A stretch of 64,000 nucleotides of DNA from an uncultured Pseudomonadota bacterium (GCA_903918375.1 CAIXED010000071.1:6875-70874); one strand, 5' to 3'. Shown: positions 52,501 to 62,529, counted from the stretch's first letter. A program made the numbers and translations. Notes: generated from the letters alone by a model not told the origin.

Positions 52501-53000
52501 GCAAATTCACCGTGTTGATAGACTTGCGAAACACATTGATAACCGACCGCTTCCAGTTTGAGGCGGCTCAGTTCCAAGTTCAAAGTGCCACCGACTTCAA
52601 TCACGAAACTATGCGCCAAAATATGTTCGCGGGGTGCTAAGCGGTGCATCAAGGTGGCAACCGAAACAATCAAGGCACCGCGTTTGGTGTCGGGGAGCAG
52701 GGCAAGGGTGCGTAGGCGTTCGGAAATGATTTCCGGTAGCGGTGAAAACACGTCATACGGCAAGGTTTCCCAGTCGGGAAAATGCAAAATCGGTAGGCTA
52801 TTATTCAAGAAAAAGCCTAATTCATGTTCCAAACGCAACGCGGTTTGGGTGTCGGAGGTGACAATCACCCATAAGCGTTGTTGTTGAGCAATCGCGGTGG
52901 CTAAAGCTAAGGAATCACCGCAGCCATTCAAACCGCTCCAAAACAGAGGTTGATCGGGGCTAACAGCCAATGCTGATTCAGGAATAAGCGATAAAGACAT
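49548..53000 (-). CDS. mfd: Transcription-repair coupling factor
   Basis: PDWETLPYD, CarD-like domain, CGDVGFGKTEVA, DEEHRFGV, QLRGRVGRS, TRCF C-terminus. Confidence 0.99.
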   Translation of the reverse strand: MSLSLIPESALAVSPDQPLFWSGLNGCGDSLALATAIAQQQRLWVIVTSDTQTALRLEHELGFFLNNSLPILHFPDWETLPYDVFSPLPEIISERLRTLALLPDTKRGALIVSVATLMHRLAPREHILAHSFVIEVGGTLNLELSRLKLEAVGYQCVSQVYQHGEFAVRGSIIDLFPMGSKQPYRIELFDDEVESIRSFDPDSQMSQQKMDKFELFPAREFPFTDEAIKHFRQAFREQFPESSPKNTLYLDVSKHIAPAGIEYYLPLFVDKTESLFAYLPKNAVFVVPSDFADTAQRFYDEAEQRYQQRKYAVDRPLLPPTQLFLSADDLLADSQKFAQIVLDNQAELGFPFQCQALPEIAIDNRLKEPAQKLRQFIETADGKILLIAETAGHREGILEKLKAVKIKPKQVQNWPEFLASDDKLSIVVAPLDHGLWLDKPPLAIITESQLNGEKVQQRRRRRKSAARELENIFNNLNELTIGSPVVHQEHGVGRYLGLQTLNVGGFEAEFLMLEYANNDKLYVPVSSLHLIGRYSGISAENAPLHKLGTEQWSKAKKKAMERARDVAAELLDIHAKRAARQGFAFNVENTEYNAFAAAFPFEETPDQASAIEAIIHDMANPQPMDRVVCGDVGFGKTEVAMRAAFIAVQSGKQVAVLVPTTLLAQQHYQNFRDRFADWPIRIEVMSRFVTPKQQKAINDDLAAGKVDVVIGTHKLLSKDMEYKALGLVIIDEEHRFGVAQKEHFKKLRHELDLLTLTATPIPRTLNMAMSGLRDISIIATPPPNRHAIKTFITEWIDSQIQEACQREIKRGGQVFFLHNDVKGMDKMARELEALVPEARVQIAHGQMAERELEQIMLDFYHQRFNVLISTTIIESGIDVPTANTIIINRADKLGLAQLHQLRGRVGRSHHRAYAYCVVPPKSLMSKDAIKRLEAFESSGELGAGFMLSSHDMEIRGAGELLGDDQSGQIQEIGFTMYTELLERAVKALQSGKQPELDAPFDYGPEVDLQTATLIPEDYLPDIHARLVLYKRIASAETSDDLRALKVEMIDRFGLLPDQTKALFAVTELKQQAAHLGIKKLEAHATGGRIIFTSTPQIDTGELIMMIQTQAQVYKFDGADKLRFTQNFEDMEQKVAFLEKVLLRLTLKNPA

Positions 53001-53344
53001 GGTGTTTGGATTAAATGACAGATGGCGAGATTATAACCATGTTAAGTAACCGATGTGACGCAGCCCGTAGGCATTCCAGCGTGAAGAAGGCATAAATCGA
53101 CATAAACAGAGGGTTGTTTGACACAATTAGCCGTACGAAGAATTAGTTGCAACAACAAAATCGAAAAGCCTAAACCGTTCTAGCTTAGGTTTGCTTATCT
53201 CTAACGTCATAACCTCCAGACATATACCGTCATCTAGCTTATTGCGGTAACATTAGCGCATTTTGTCATTTCCCCAACAACTGAACATGCATTTGATCGC
53301 ATCAGCTGAAACAAACGCTGCCTCGCTAAATAAGGGACTAAATT

Positions 53345-55750
53345 ATGGACAAGCTTAGCCTTAGCGAACGCGATATTTGCACAAAATTCATCACCCCAGC
53401 CATTCAAAAAGCCGGCTGGCAACAACATCAGTTCCGTGAAGAAGTAAATCTCACTGACGGTCGTGTCATGGTGCGAGGTAAACTCGCAGCACGCATCAAA
53501 AACCCAGAGGCAAAAGGCGGTCCCAAACGTGCCGATTTCGTACTCTATGCAAGGCCCAACCACCCTATCGCAGTAGTTGAAGCCAAACAGGCCAAGTTTT
53601 CTATTGGTCATGGTATGCAACAGGCCTTGGCCTATGCCGAAATGCTAGATACACCGTTTGCCATCAGCAGCAACGGCGATGGCTTTCTTCTGCACGACCG
53701 AACCGGTCTCACTCAACCAGTAGAACGTGAGCTACCACTCAACGAATTCCCTGCTTTGGATGAGCTTTGGCCGCTGTACCAGCAATGGAAAGGGCTGGCC
53801 GCACCCGAAGCTGTCAAACTCATTGAACAGCCTTTCCATACTGATGGCAGCGGCAAAGAACCCCGCTATTACCAACGCGTGGCAATCAATCGCGCTATAG
53901 AAGCAGTCGCAAAGGGCCAACAACGTGTACTGCTGGTTATGGCCACTGGCACCGGTAAAACCTACACCGCTTTTCAGATTATTTGGCGACTGTGGAAAGC
54001 CAAATCCAAGAAGCGCATCCTGTTTCTGGCTGATCGCAATATTCTGGTTGACCAAACTATGCAGCAAGACTTCGCACCGTTTGGCGAAGTAATGCACAAG
54101 GTCAGCAATCGCGAAGTTAAGAAAAACTACGAAATTTACCTAGCGCTCTACCAAGCAGTCACAGGCAAAGAAGAATGGAAGCAAATTTATCGCCAATTTC
54201 CAGCTGACTTCTTTGATCTAGTCGTGATTGACGAATGCCACCGAGGCAGCGCCGCGGAAGACTCCGCTTGGCGTGAAGTGCTTGGCTATTTCACCAGCGC
54301 AACCCATTTAGGACTTACCGCTACCCCTAAGGAAACAAAAGAAATTAGCAACAGTAACTACTTTGGCGAACCGATTTACACCTATTCGCTCAAGCAGGGC
54401 ATCGAAGATGGTTTTCTTGCGCCTTACAAAGTGATCCGCATAGCCACCGATGTAGATGCAGTAGGCTACACCCCAGAAAAAGGTAAGGTCGATAAACTCG
54501 GCCAAGCGGTTGAGCAACGTCACTACAACACCAAAGATTTCGACCGTAATCTGGTACTGGAAAAACGCACCAAACTGGTTGCCAGCAAAGTATGGGAATA
54601 CCTTAAGGCCACTGATCCGATGGCGAAAACCATCGTCTTTTGCGACGATCAAGATCACGCCGAACGTATGCGCCAAGAACTGGTGAAGCTGATTCCAGCT
54701 GCAGCCAATAACCGCCGCTACGTGATGCGCATCACTGGCGACGACAACGAAGGCAAAGCACAACTGTCGTACTTCATTGATAACGATGAACCTTATCCGG
54801 TGATTGCGACTACCTCCAAACTTCTGACCACTGGCGTCGATGCCAAAACCTGCAAGCTCATCGTACTGGATCAGAACATCAACTCAATGACCGAGTTCAA
54901 ACAAATCATTGGCCGAGGCACACGCCTGCGTGAGGATTATCAGAAACTGTACTTCACCATCATGGACTTTAAAGGCGCTACACGACTGTTCGCCGATGCC
55001 GATTTCGATGGCGAGCCGGTCGTAATATACGAGCCAAAACCCGATGAACCGGTCGTTCCCCCAGACACCAATCCAGAGGATATCCTTGAACCCACGCCAC
55101 CACCTTACGGCTCTAGCACCACGGGTAGCAATGACACCGACGCTGAAGGTCGCACTAAATACGTCATCGACGACGTCAACGTGCAAGTGGCTGTCGAGCG
55201 CTCTCAATACCTTGATGCCGACGGTAAACTGATGACCGAAGACTACCGAGTCTTGCTCAAAGACGACATCAAGAAAACTTTACAGACCGAATTCGGCAGC
55301 CTCACCGACTTTCTGCGTCGCTGGAACAATGCCGAACGCAAACAAGCGGTACTAGAGCAATTGGCTGAACATGGCGTAGCTCTGGACATCCTACAGCAGG
55401 CAGTAAGCAACGGCAGCGAGTTAGATGCTTTTGATCTGGTTGCTCACGTTGCCTTCGATCAAAAACCACTGACCCGCCGCGAACGCGCCAATCAAGTGAA
55501 AAAGCGCGATGTGTTCGGTAAATACGGTGAACAAGCCCGTGCTGTGCTGGAGGCTCTACTCGAGAAATTTGCCGACCACGGTGTGCAAGACATTGAAGAC
55601 GCTAGAGTGCTGGAACTGCCGCCTTTTGATCAATTCGGCAGCAAAACCCAAATCCGTCGCGGCATTTTTGGCAGTGTCGAGCAATATAGCCAAGCCATAC
55701 AAGAACTCGAACAAGCGCTTTATGACCCATCTTTACAAAAACAAGCCTAA
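53345..55750 (+). CDS. hsdR: Type I restriction enzyme R subunit (EcoAI-like)
   Basis: RADFVLY..IAVVEAK, MATGTGKT, DECHRGS, GLTATP, QIIGRGTR, EcoEI-type C-terminus. Confidence 0.95.
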   Translation: MDKLSLSERDICTKFITPAIQKAGWQQHQFREEVNLTDGRVMVRGKLAARIKNPEAKGGPKRADFVLYARPNHPIAVVEAKQAKFSIGHGMQQALAYAEMLDTPFAISSNGDGFLLHDRTGLTQPVERELPLNEFPALDELWPLYQQWKGLAAPEAVKLIEQPFHTDGSGKEPRYYQRVAINRAIEAVAKGQQRVLLVMATGTGKTYTAFQIIWRLWKAKSKKRILFLADRNILVDQTMQQDFAPFGEVMHKVSNREVKKNYEIYLALYQAVTGKEEWKQIYRQFPADFFDLVVIDECHRGSAAEDSAWREVLGYFTSATHLGLTATPKETKEISNSNYFGEPIYTYSLKQGIEDGFLAPYKVIRIATDVDAVGYTPEKGKVDKLGQAVEQRHYNTKDFDRNLVLEKRTKLVASKVWEYLKATDPMAKTIVFCDDQDHAERMRQELVKLIPAAANNRRYVMRITGDDNEGKAQLSYFIDNDEPYPVIATTSKLLTTGVDAKTCKLIVLDQNINSMTEFKQIIGRGTRLREDYQKLYFTIMDFKGATRLFADADFDGEPVVIYEPKPDEPVVPPDTNPEDILEPTPPPYGSSTTGSNDTDAEGRTKYVIDDVNVQVAVERSQYLDADGKLMTEDYRVLLKDDIKKTLQTEFGSLTDFLRRWNNAERKQAVLEQLAEHGVALDILQQAVSNGSELDAFDLVAHVAFDQKPLTRRERANQVKKRDVFGKYGEQARAVLEALLEKFADHGVQDIEDARVLELPPFDQFGSKTQIRRGIFGSVEQYSQAIQELEQALYDPSLQKQA

Positions 55751-55786
55751 ACCATGCGCCTGTTTACAAAATAAGAGCAATACACA

Positions 55787-57564
55787 ATGAATCTCAGCAG
55801 TACCATCAAATCCATCCAAGACATCATGCGTAAAGACGACGGCGTTGACGGCGATGCCCAGCGTCTCGGCCAGCTCACTTGGATGTTATTCCTAAAAGTG
55901 TTCGACCAGCGCGAAGAAGAATGGGAAGACGACAATTCCAGCTATCAATCGCCTTTGCCAAATTATTTACGTTGGCGTAACTGGGCTGCCTATATCGCTG
56001 ACGCGGATGGCAAGAAAAAACCGCAAATTGCCGCCAGCGAAGTGATTGGTTTTGTTAACAACGACTTATTCCCCGCACTCAAAGAACTCAATGCCAACCG
56101 AAGCCCACAACACAAAGTAATCCGTGGCGTTTTTGAAGATGCCAACAACTACATGAAGTCGGGTACTCAATTACTAGCGGTCATCGAAAAGCTAGAAGAC
56201 GCCATCAACTTTCACGACTTTAAAACCCGCGCCAGCCTAGGCGACGTTTACGAACAAATGCTCAACGACCTACGTGGAGCAGGCAATGCAGGCGAGTTCT
56301 ACACCCCACGCGCCATTACTGCCTTCATGGCAGACCGCGTTAATCCACGCTTAGACAAACGCGAAACGGTGATGGACCCTGCCTGCGGCACTGGCGGCTT
56401 CTTAACTGCCGCTATCGACCACTTTCGCAACCAGCTCACCACCAAATCCAACGCTGACGACAAACGAGCCATTGAAGAGCTAATCCACGGCATCGAAAAA
56501 AAACAGCTACCACATCTGCTATGCACCACCAACATGCTGCTACATGGCATCGACGTACCCAGCCAGATCGAACACAAAAACACGCTGGGCATTGGTTGGA
56601 ACGAATGGAGTTCTAACAAAAAGATCGATTGCATCATCACCAACCCGCCATTTGGCGGCTACGAAGACGATGGCGTGGGTAGCGATTACCCAGCCGACCT
56701 ACGCACCCGCGAAACCGCCGACATGTTCATGGCGCTGATCATCAAAAATTGCTAAAGGAAAATGGTCGTGCTGCGGTGGTATTGCCGGATGGCTTTTTGT
56801 TTGGCGACGGCATCAAAGGCACCTTGAAAAAACTACTGTTGCGCGATTGCAAGCTACATACCATTATCCGCCTACCCAAAGGCGTATTTGCACCGTACAC
56901 CACCATCAAAACCAACCTGTTGTTTTTCACAAAAGGCAATCTGGCAGACGACGGCACCGAGCATTTTCATACCGATAGCATTTGGTTCTACGAGCATCCT
57001 TATCCAAGCGGTTATAAGAGCTATTCCAAAACCAAACCCATCCGCCTCGAAGAATTCAAGCCCGAGCAGGAATGGTGGGGCACCGAGATCAATGATTTCG
57101 CCGACCGCGTGGAAAACCAATTTGCTTGGAAAGTCGATTTCAAAACCAAGCGCGAACAGGCCGAAGCCGCCGCCGCACCACACTGGCAACGCGCCGAAGC
57201 CCTTAACAACCAAGCCGCTAAACTAGAGGGCGAAGCAAGCGAGTTGCGTAAAAGTCTAGTCGGCACCACCGACACCGCTTACCGCGAAAAAATCGATGCC
57301 CAGATTACCGATCTCCGCGCCCAAGCCGAACCGTTGCGCTTGCAAGCCCGCGATGCCCAAGCGGCTGGCGACCGAATTTATTGGCCAATCTTCAATCTCG
57401 ACATCAAAAATCCCAATACCCCAGAAGAAGAAAGCCACGATCCAGATTTATTACTAGAGAAATATAAAAAACTAATCGGCGAGATAGAGGAAACCGAAAA
57501 CCAGTTGAAAAACGAACTGGCTGCCGCCTTAGCGCATCATTTCACAACCGAGAATCTCAAATGA
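55787..57564 (+). pseudogene. hsdM: Type I DNA methyltransferase M subunit split by a frameshift (55787-56755 and 56749-57564)
   Basis: GEFYTPR, DPACGTGG and NPPF are in the first ORF; GRAAVVLPDGFLF and IIRLPKGVFAPYT are in the second. One extra A in the A5 run at 56744-56748 would join them (IIKKLLKENG). Confidence 0.88.
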
Positions 57565-58625
57565 GCAGCAGCCAGCCAACGCCAGAAAATCCGCAATTAC
57601 TCGGCGACATCCGCCTGTTAATCGACGCCAGCCGCAGCACACTCACCGCTACCGTTAACAGTGCCTTAACTCAACTATACTGGCACATCGGCCAACGCAT
57701 TCGTAGCGAAGTGCTTAACAACCAACGCGCTGAGTATGGCGAGCAAATTGTCCTGATGCTGGCTAACCAATTACAAGCCGACTATGGACGCGGCTTTTCC
57801 GCTAAAAGCTTGCGCCACATGTTGCGTTTTGCTGAATGCTATCCCGACCATCAAATTGTCTCGACACTGTCGAGACAATTGTCTTGGAGTCATTTTTTAG
57901 AACTCATCTATCTCAAAGATTCGTTGCAACGCGACTTCTACACCCAAATGAGCGCTCAGGAAGGCTGGAGTGTGCGGCGTTTACGTGAACGTAAAGATAC
58001 CCTGTTATTCGAGCGCACTGCCTTGTCCCAGCAACCAGAGGCATTACTGGCCGACGAACTAACGGCATTGCGAGAAACCGGCGAGCTAATCCCTGCGCTG
58101 GTACTCAAAGACCCTTACCTACTCGATTTTCTGCAACTCAACGACCGCTATCTGGAAAAAGACCTAGAAGACGCCATTCTGCGTGAACTCGAAAACTTCC
58201 TGCTAGAACTTGGCGCTGGCTTTAGCTTTGTCGCTCGCCAAAAGCGGTTGCAAATCGACAACGACGATTTCTACATAGACCTATTGTTTTACAACCGCCG
58301 CCTAAAACGCTTGGTAGCGATTGATTTAAAACTGGGCGACTTCAAAGCTGCCGACAAAGGCCAGATGGAGCTGTATTTACGCTGGCTGGCTAAACATGAG
58401 CAAGAACCCGGCGAAGCCGCACCGCTGGGAATTATCTTGTGCAGTGGCAAAAAACAGGAACAAATCGAGTTACTAGAACTCGACGCCAGCGGCATCCACG
58501 TTGCTGAATATCTCACCGAGCTACCGCCCAAAGCCCTGCTGCAACAAAAACTCCACGAAGCCATTATCCAATCACGGCAACGGCTGGATAATCGTAGCGT
58601 TGACCAAAACGGCGAGGTAGCCTGA
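57561..58625 (+). CDS. YhcG/DUF1016 family PD-(D/E)xK nuclease
   Basis: LYWHIGQRI, GRGFS, LSWSHF, KDPYLLDFL, FLLELGAGFSFVARQKR, IDLLFYNRRL, GQMELYL. Confidence 0.93.
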   Translation: MSSSQPTPENPQLLGDIRLLIDASRSTLTATVNSALTQLYWHIGQRIRSEVLNNQRAEYGEQIVLMLANQLQADYGRGFSAKSLRHMLRFAECYPDHQIVSTLSRQLSWSHFLELIYLKDSLQRDFYTQMSAQEGWSVRRLRERKDTLLFERTALSQQPEALLADELTALRETGELIPALVLKDPYLLDFLQLNDRYLEKDLEDAILRELENFLLELGAGFSFVARQKRLQIDNDDFYIDLLFYNRRLKRLVAIDLKLGDFKAADKGQMELYLRWLAKHEQEPGEAAPLGIILCSGKKQEQIELLELDASGIHVAEYLTELPPKALLQQKLHEAIIQSRQRLDNRSVDQNGEVA

Positions 58626-60343
58626 TGGACGCACAACAGTTTTTGGCGGAGTTTGGGCATATTGCGAATGCGCCGGGGGGCATAGCGAAGTTGCGACTAT
58701 TGGTTTTACAGTTTGCAATACAAGGTCGGCTAATTAGCTCACTTACAACAATCGAATCATCCGATGCGTTGTTGGCAGAAATTCGGACAATAAAGTCCAA
58801 ACTCATTTCAGATAAAAAGCTTTCACGGGAAAAACCATTTCCTAAAATTTCTAGGTCAGAAATTAATGCTGAGATTCCTCCACACTGGAATTTGATTCGA
58901 TTAGGCGAATTATGGCATTTACTGTCTGGACGTGATCTCGAACCAAGTCAGTATAACGAGTCAAAAAATGGTATTCCCTATATTACCGGTGCCAGCAACA
59001 TTGAAAAGGGTGCAATCAATATAAACCGATGGACAGCATCCCCTTTGGTCGTATCAATACATGGAGATTTACTAATTACATGCAAAGGTACAATTGGAAA
59101 AACAGCATTCAATAATATTGGCGAGGCACATATAGCGCGTCAAATTATGGCGATACGAAATTTTTCTGGAAAATTGCATACGGGGTTTCTCAAAATTTGG
59201 CTGGATGGATTTGTTAACCAATTAGCAAGTAAATCAAAAAGTATGATTCCAGGTTTCTCAAGGGATGATCTTATCCTAGCTATTTATCCCGTACCTCCAG
59301 CAGAAGAACAAGCCCGCATCGTCGCCAAAGTTGATGAACTAATGGCCTTGTGCGACAAACTGGAAACGCAGCAGCAAGCCCGCCGCAAACTGCAAAACAA
59401 CCTGCGCAAGTCCACCCTGCAAGCCGTCGCCAGCGCCACCAGCCCACACGAACTACAAAGCAGCTGGGCGCGCTTAGCTGACAACTTTGGTAGGCTGTTT
59501 TATGCACCGGAGGATGTAGCTGACATAAGAAATATGATCACCGAACTTACAATTCTTGGGGCGCTTGATGCGTTGAGCGAACCAACCGATGTCACAACCG
59601 TGGATGTCTATTTAGCAGAATTAGCTGGCAAAAAGTCGGGCAAAAAATTTGCTAAAACCATAAAACCGAAAGAGGCAATTTCTTTGCCTAATGGATGGCG
59701 ATGGGTTCTCTTGGAGGAACTATTGGTTTCTTCCGAATCAGGATGGAGCCCAAAATGTGACTCAGAACCTCGGTACAACGGAGAGTGGGGTGTACTAAAG
59801 GTTAGCTCGGTGACATGGGGTGTTTTTAAACCGGAAGAAAATAAGCGTTTGCCTCCATCGCTTGAACCTCGCCCCTACTGTGAAGTGAAGCCTGGCGACT
59901 TCATGCTATCGCGCGCCAATACTGCAGATCTTGTTGCACGTAGCGTTATCGCTCCAGATAACTGCCCCGAAAAATTATTGATGAGCGATAAAATCGTTCG
60001 ACTCCATTTTCTGGATGACAAACTCAAAGCTTGGGTAAATTTGGTTAACAATTCAGATTTAGCTCGTGAATATTACAAATCAAAAGCAACGGGTACTAGC
60101 GATTCAATGCGAAATGTTTCGCGTCAAGTTATTCATGAGCTCCCCATACCTCTTCCCTCTATGGCTACACAGAAGAGATTATTGAGTACCTTTAGCCTTT
60201 TAATGAAGTTTTGTGATGAACTGGAACGACAAGCGGCATCACGTAGGAAATTAAGTGTTCAATTTTCAACGACAGCGGTATCTAGCATTACTGACATAGA
60301 CACCGAACAAAAAGACGATCCCATGAAAGCCCCGCAAACCTAA
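58625..60343 (+). CDS. hsdS: Type I restriction-modification specificity subunit
   Basis: LVLQFAIQGRL, IPPHW, PPAEEQARIVAKVDELMALCDKLE, LPNGW, PIPLPS; two AT-richer target-recognition domains. Confidence 0.93.
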   Translation: MDAQQFLAEFGHIANAPGGIAKLRLLVLQFAIQGRLISSLTTIESSDALLAEIRTIKSKLISDKKLSREKPFPKISRSEINAEIPPHWNLIRLGELWHLLSGRDLEPSQYNESKNGIPYITGASNIEKGAININRWTASPLVVSIHGDLLITCKGTIGKTAFNNIGEAHIARQIMAIRNFSGKLHTGFLKIWLDGFVNQLASKSKSMIPGFSRDDLILAIYPVPPAEEQARIVAKVDELMALCDKLETQQQARRKLQNNLRKSTLQAVASATSPHELQSSWARLADNFGRLFYAPEDVADIRNMITELTILGALDALSEPTDVTTVDVYLAELAGKKSGKKFAKTIKPKEAISLPNGWRWVLLEELLVSSESGWSPKCDSEPRYNGEWGVLKVSSVTWGVFKPEENKRLPPSLEPRPYCEVKPGDFMLSRANTADLVARSVIAPDNCPEKLLMSDKIVRLHFLDDKLKAWVNLVNNSDLAREYYKSKATGTSDSMRNVSRQVIHELPIPLPSMATQKRLLSTFSLLMKFCDELERQAASRRKLSVQFSTTAVSSITDIDTEQKDDPMKAPQT

Positions 60344-60623
60344 TTGATTGCCCCGCTAGGCTTAGGCAAAGTGGTTGAATGAAGCGGAGGCACTGACGGA
60401 GCAACTCAAAAATGCGCCTGACGACAAGGCTCGAATCGATTTGGCCTTCGCTCACAGAAAACTATGGCGTGGCAGACGGGATAAGCGCGAGACCCACTGC
60501 GCAACATCAGTCATTTAAGTGATCTCGCAGATGAATGGACTTGGCAAATTGCCATTAGCGCAGACAGTAACGGCTGACAGGGTTACTATACACAGCAATT
60601 TTTTCTACCCCCACAATTCACCG

Positions 60624-61988
60624 ATGATGCTTTCTCACATTCTGCCTAAAGCCGAAATCTCGATTCGGGAAAATCTCAAATGGCTCTACATTCTCAGAAA
60701 CCTGATGCTGTTTACCGTGATGGTGACGGTGTTTGTGGTGGTGAAAATGATGAATGTGACGCTGCCGGAAAATCAATTATGGCTGGGGATTTTCGCGATT
60801 TCGATTCTCAATCTTTACACTTGGTTGCGGCTTCGCACCAAAGAAGAAGTCACCGAACACGAGATTTTCTCGCAAATCTGTATGGATGTTTTGGTGCTGG
60901 CCTATATGCTGTACCTCACTGGCGGTGCATCGAATCCGATTATTTGGGTGTTTTTGCTGCCGTTAATTGTCACCGCGATTATGCTGCCGCAAGCCTATGC
61001 GTGGAATATGGTGATTATTACTTCCAGTATTTACACCATGTTGATTACTTACAACATCCCTTTGCCAGCGATTGAGCCGCACATGATGCATGGCGATATG
61101 GCGCATATGACGCCGGATATGATGGAACAAATGCACTTGATTGCCGACCGTCGCTATTTCAATCTGCATATTTTCGGGATGTGGTTTGGTTTTGTGTTTA
61201 GTGCTGGCTTGGTGGCTTTTTTCGTCGTTGCCTTAGCGAAAACTTTAAAAGAGCGCGAGCGCAATTTGGCCGATGCTAGAGAAAGTGCCTTGCGGGATGA
61301 ACGAGTAGTTTCGTTAGGGACTCTGGCCGCTAGTGCCGCGCATGATATGGGGACGCCCTTAGGCACTATTGCGATTTTGGCGCATGAAATGATTGATGAT
61401 TTGCCGGTGAATCGTTTTCCAGAGCTACATGAAAAATTAGTCATCGTTCAACAGCAAATTGATCGCTGTAAACAAGCTTTATCGGTGATGTCGGCTTCGG
61501 CAGGTGAAATGCGCGCTGAATCAGGTAAGGTGATGTTGGTGAGTGAATATATTGATGAAGTGCTCAATCAATGGCGGACGCATAAAGCCGCGACCAAGCT
61601 AAAACTGTTTATCGAGCCTAAGGTCAATATGTCGGCACAGATTATTGCCGAGCGCACCGTGACCCATTCGGTTATTAATATTCTTAACAACGCCGCCGAA
61701 GCCACTCAAGCAGAGCAGGGGATAGAGTTTCATATCAATTGGGATGACGAATTGTTGAATCTGAAAATAAGGGATTTTGGCCCCGGCTTACCGACTGAGT
61801 TTTTGGACTTTGCTGGACACCAGCCAGTGAAAAGTAGCAAACAAGGCATGGGGGTGGGCTTGTTCTTAACCTATACCACCATCAAGCGCTTAGGCGGTAA
61901 AATACAATTCAGCAATCTCGATACTGGCGGTGCCTGTGTAGAAATCGAGTTGCCGCTATTAACAACTATGGAGAGTATTAATGACTGA
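60624..61988 (+). CDS. regB: RegB/PrrB-like redox sensor histidine kinase
   Basis: Six TM segments, TGGASNP, AAHDMGTPL H-box, DRCK, NNAAEA, DFGPG, GMGVGL; paired with regA. Probable ATG at 60624. Confidence 0.85.
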   Translation: MMLSHILPKAEISIRENLKWLYILRNLMLFTVMVTVFVVVKMMNVTLPENQLWLGIFAISILNLYTWLRLRTKEEVTEHEIFSQICMDVLVLAYMLYLTGGASNPIIWVFLLPLIVTAIMLPQAYAWNMVIITSSIYTMLITYNIPLPAIEPHMMHGDMAHMTPDMMEQMHLIADRRYFNLHIFGMWFGFVFSAGLVAFFVVALAKTLKERERNLADARESALRDERVVSLGTLAASAAHDMGTPLGTIAILAHEMIDDLPVNRFPELHEKLVIVQQQIDRCKQALSVMSASAGEMRAESGKVMLVSEYIDEVLNQWRTHKAATKLKLFIEPKVNMSAQIIAERTVTHSVINILNNAAEATQAEQGIEFHINWDDELLNLKIRDFGPGLPTEFLDFAGHQPVKSSKQGMGVGLFLTYTTIKRLGGKIQFSNLDTGGACVEIELPLLTTMESIND

Positions 61989-62529
61989 ATTATCCACGGA
62001 CAAGCCTAATTTATTATTAGTTGACGACGACGTCACCTTTTGTTCGGTGCTAAAACCGGCTTTAGAAAAACGCAATTTTCAGGTAACGGTTGCCAATGAC
62101 ATTAGCAGCGCCATCGAATTAGCTGAAAAAATCGACCCTGAATATGCAGTGATTGATTTACGAATTGGTCATGAATCGGGATTAGAAATGGTGAAAACCT
62201 TAATCGAGCTGGATTCTAATACCCAAATCGTCATGCTGACTGGTTTTGCCAGCATCGCCACCGCGGTAGAAGCGATTAAATTGGGCGCAATTCATTACCT
62301 GACTAAACCCGCCAACGCTGATGAAATTGTCAGTGCTTTATACAAAAACGAAGGCGATACCACGGTCTCTATCAGCGATAGTCCACTCTCGGTCAAACGC
62401 TTGGAATGGGAGCATCTGCAAAAAGTCTTGATGCAACATGACGGTAATATCTCCGCTGCCGCCCGCGCCTTGAACATGCACCGCCGCACTCTGCAACGCA
62501 AGCTGGAAAAACGTCCGGTTAACAATTAA
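61981..62529 (+). CDS. regA: RegA/PrrA response regulator
   Basis: Receiver domain plus LEWEHLQKVL..HDGNISAAARALNMHRRTLQRKL. Confidence 0.92.
   Translation: MTELSTDKPNLLLVDDDVTFCSVLKPALEKRNFQVTVANDISSAIELAEKIDPEYAVIDLRIGHESGLEMVKTLIELDSNTQIVMLTGFASIATAVEAIKLGAIHYLTKPANADEIVSALYKNEGDTTVSISDSPLSVKRLEWEHLQKVLMQHDGNISAAARALNMHRRTLQRKLEKRPVNN

Noticed and set aside
53001..53344. Possible att site or small RNA between mfd and hsdR
   Set aside because: Only weak imperfect hairpins, and I found no repeat shared with the other end of the RM locus.
56741..56755. Programmed -1 ribosomal frameshift in hsdM
   Set aside because: C-AAA-AAT is not a canonical X-XXY-YYZ slippery heptamer, and I see no clear stimulatory structure; mutation or sequencing error is simpler.
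60495..60560. CAGTCATT and TGGCAA-a-TTGCCA as further cassette-type palindromes at the RM locus end
   Set aside because: Too short and degenerate to distinguish from chance, and there is no matching unit at the mfd side.
60519..60623. N-terminal extension of the sensor kinase
   Set aside because: It looks like intergenic/promoter DNA; the ATG pair at 60624 is a more plausible start.
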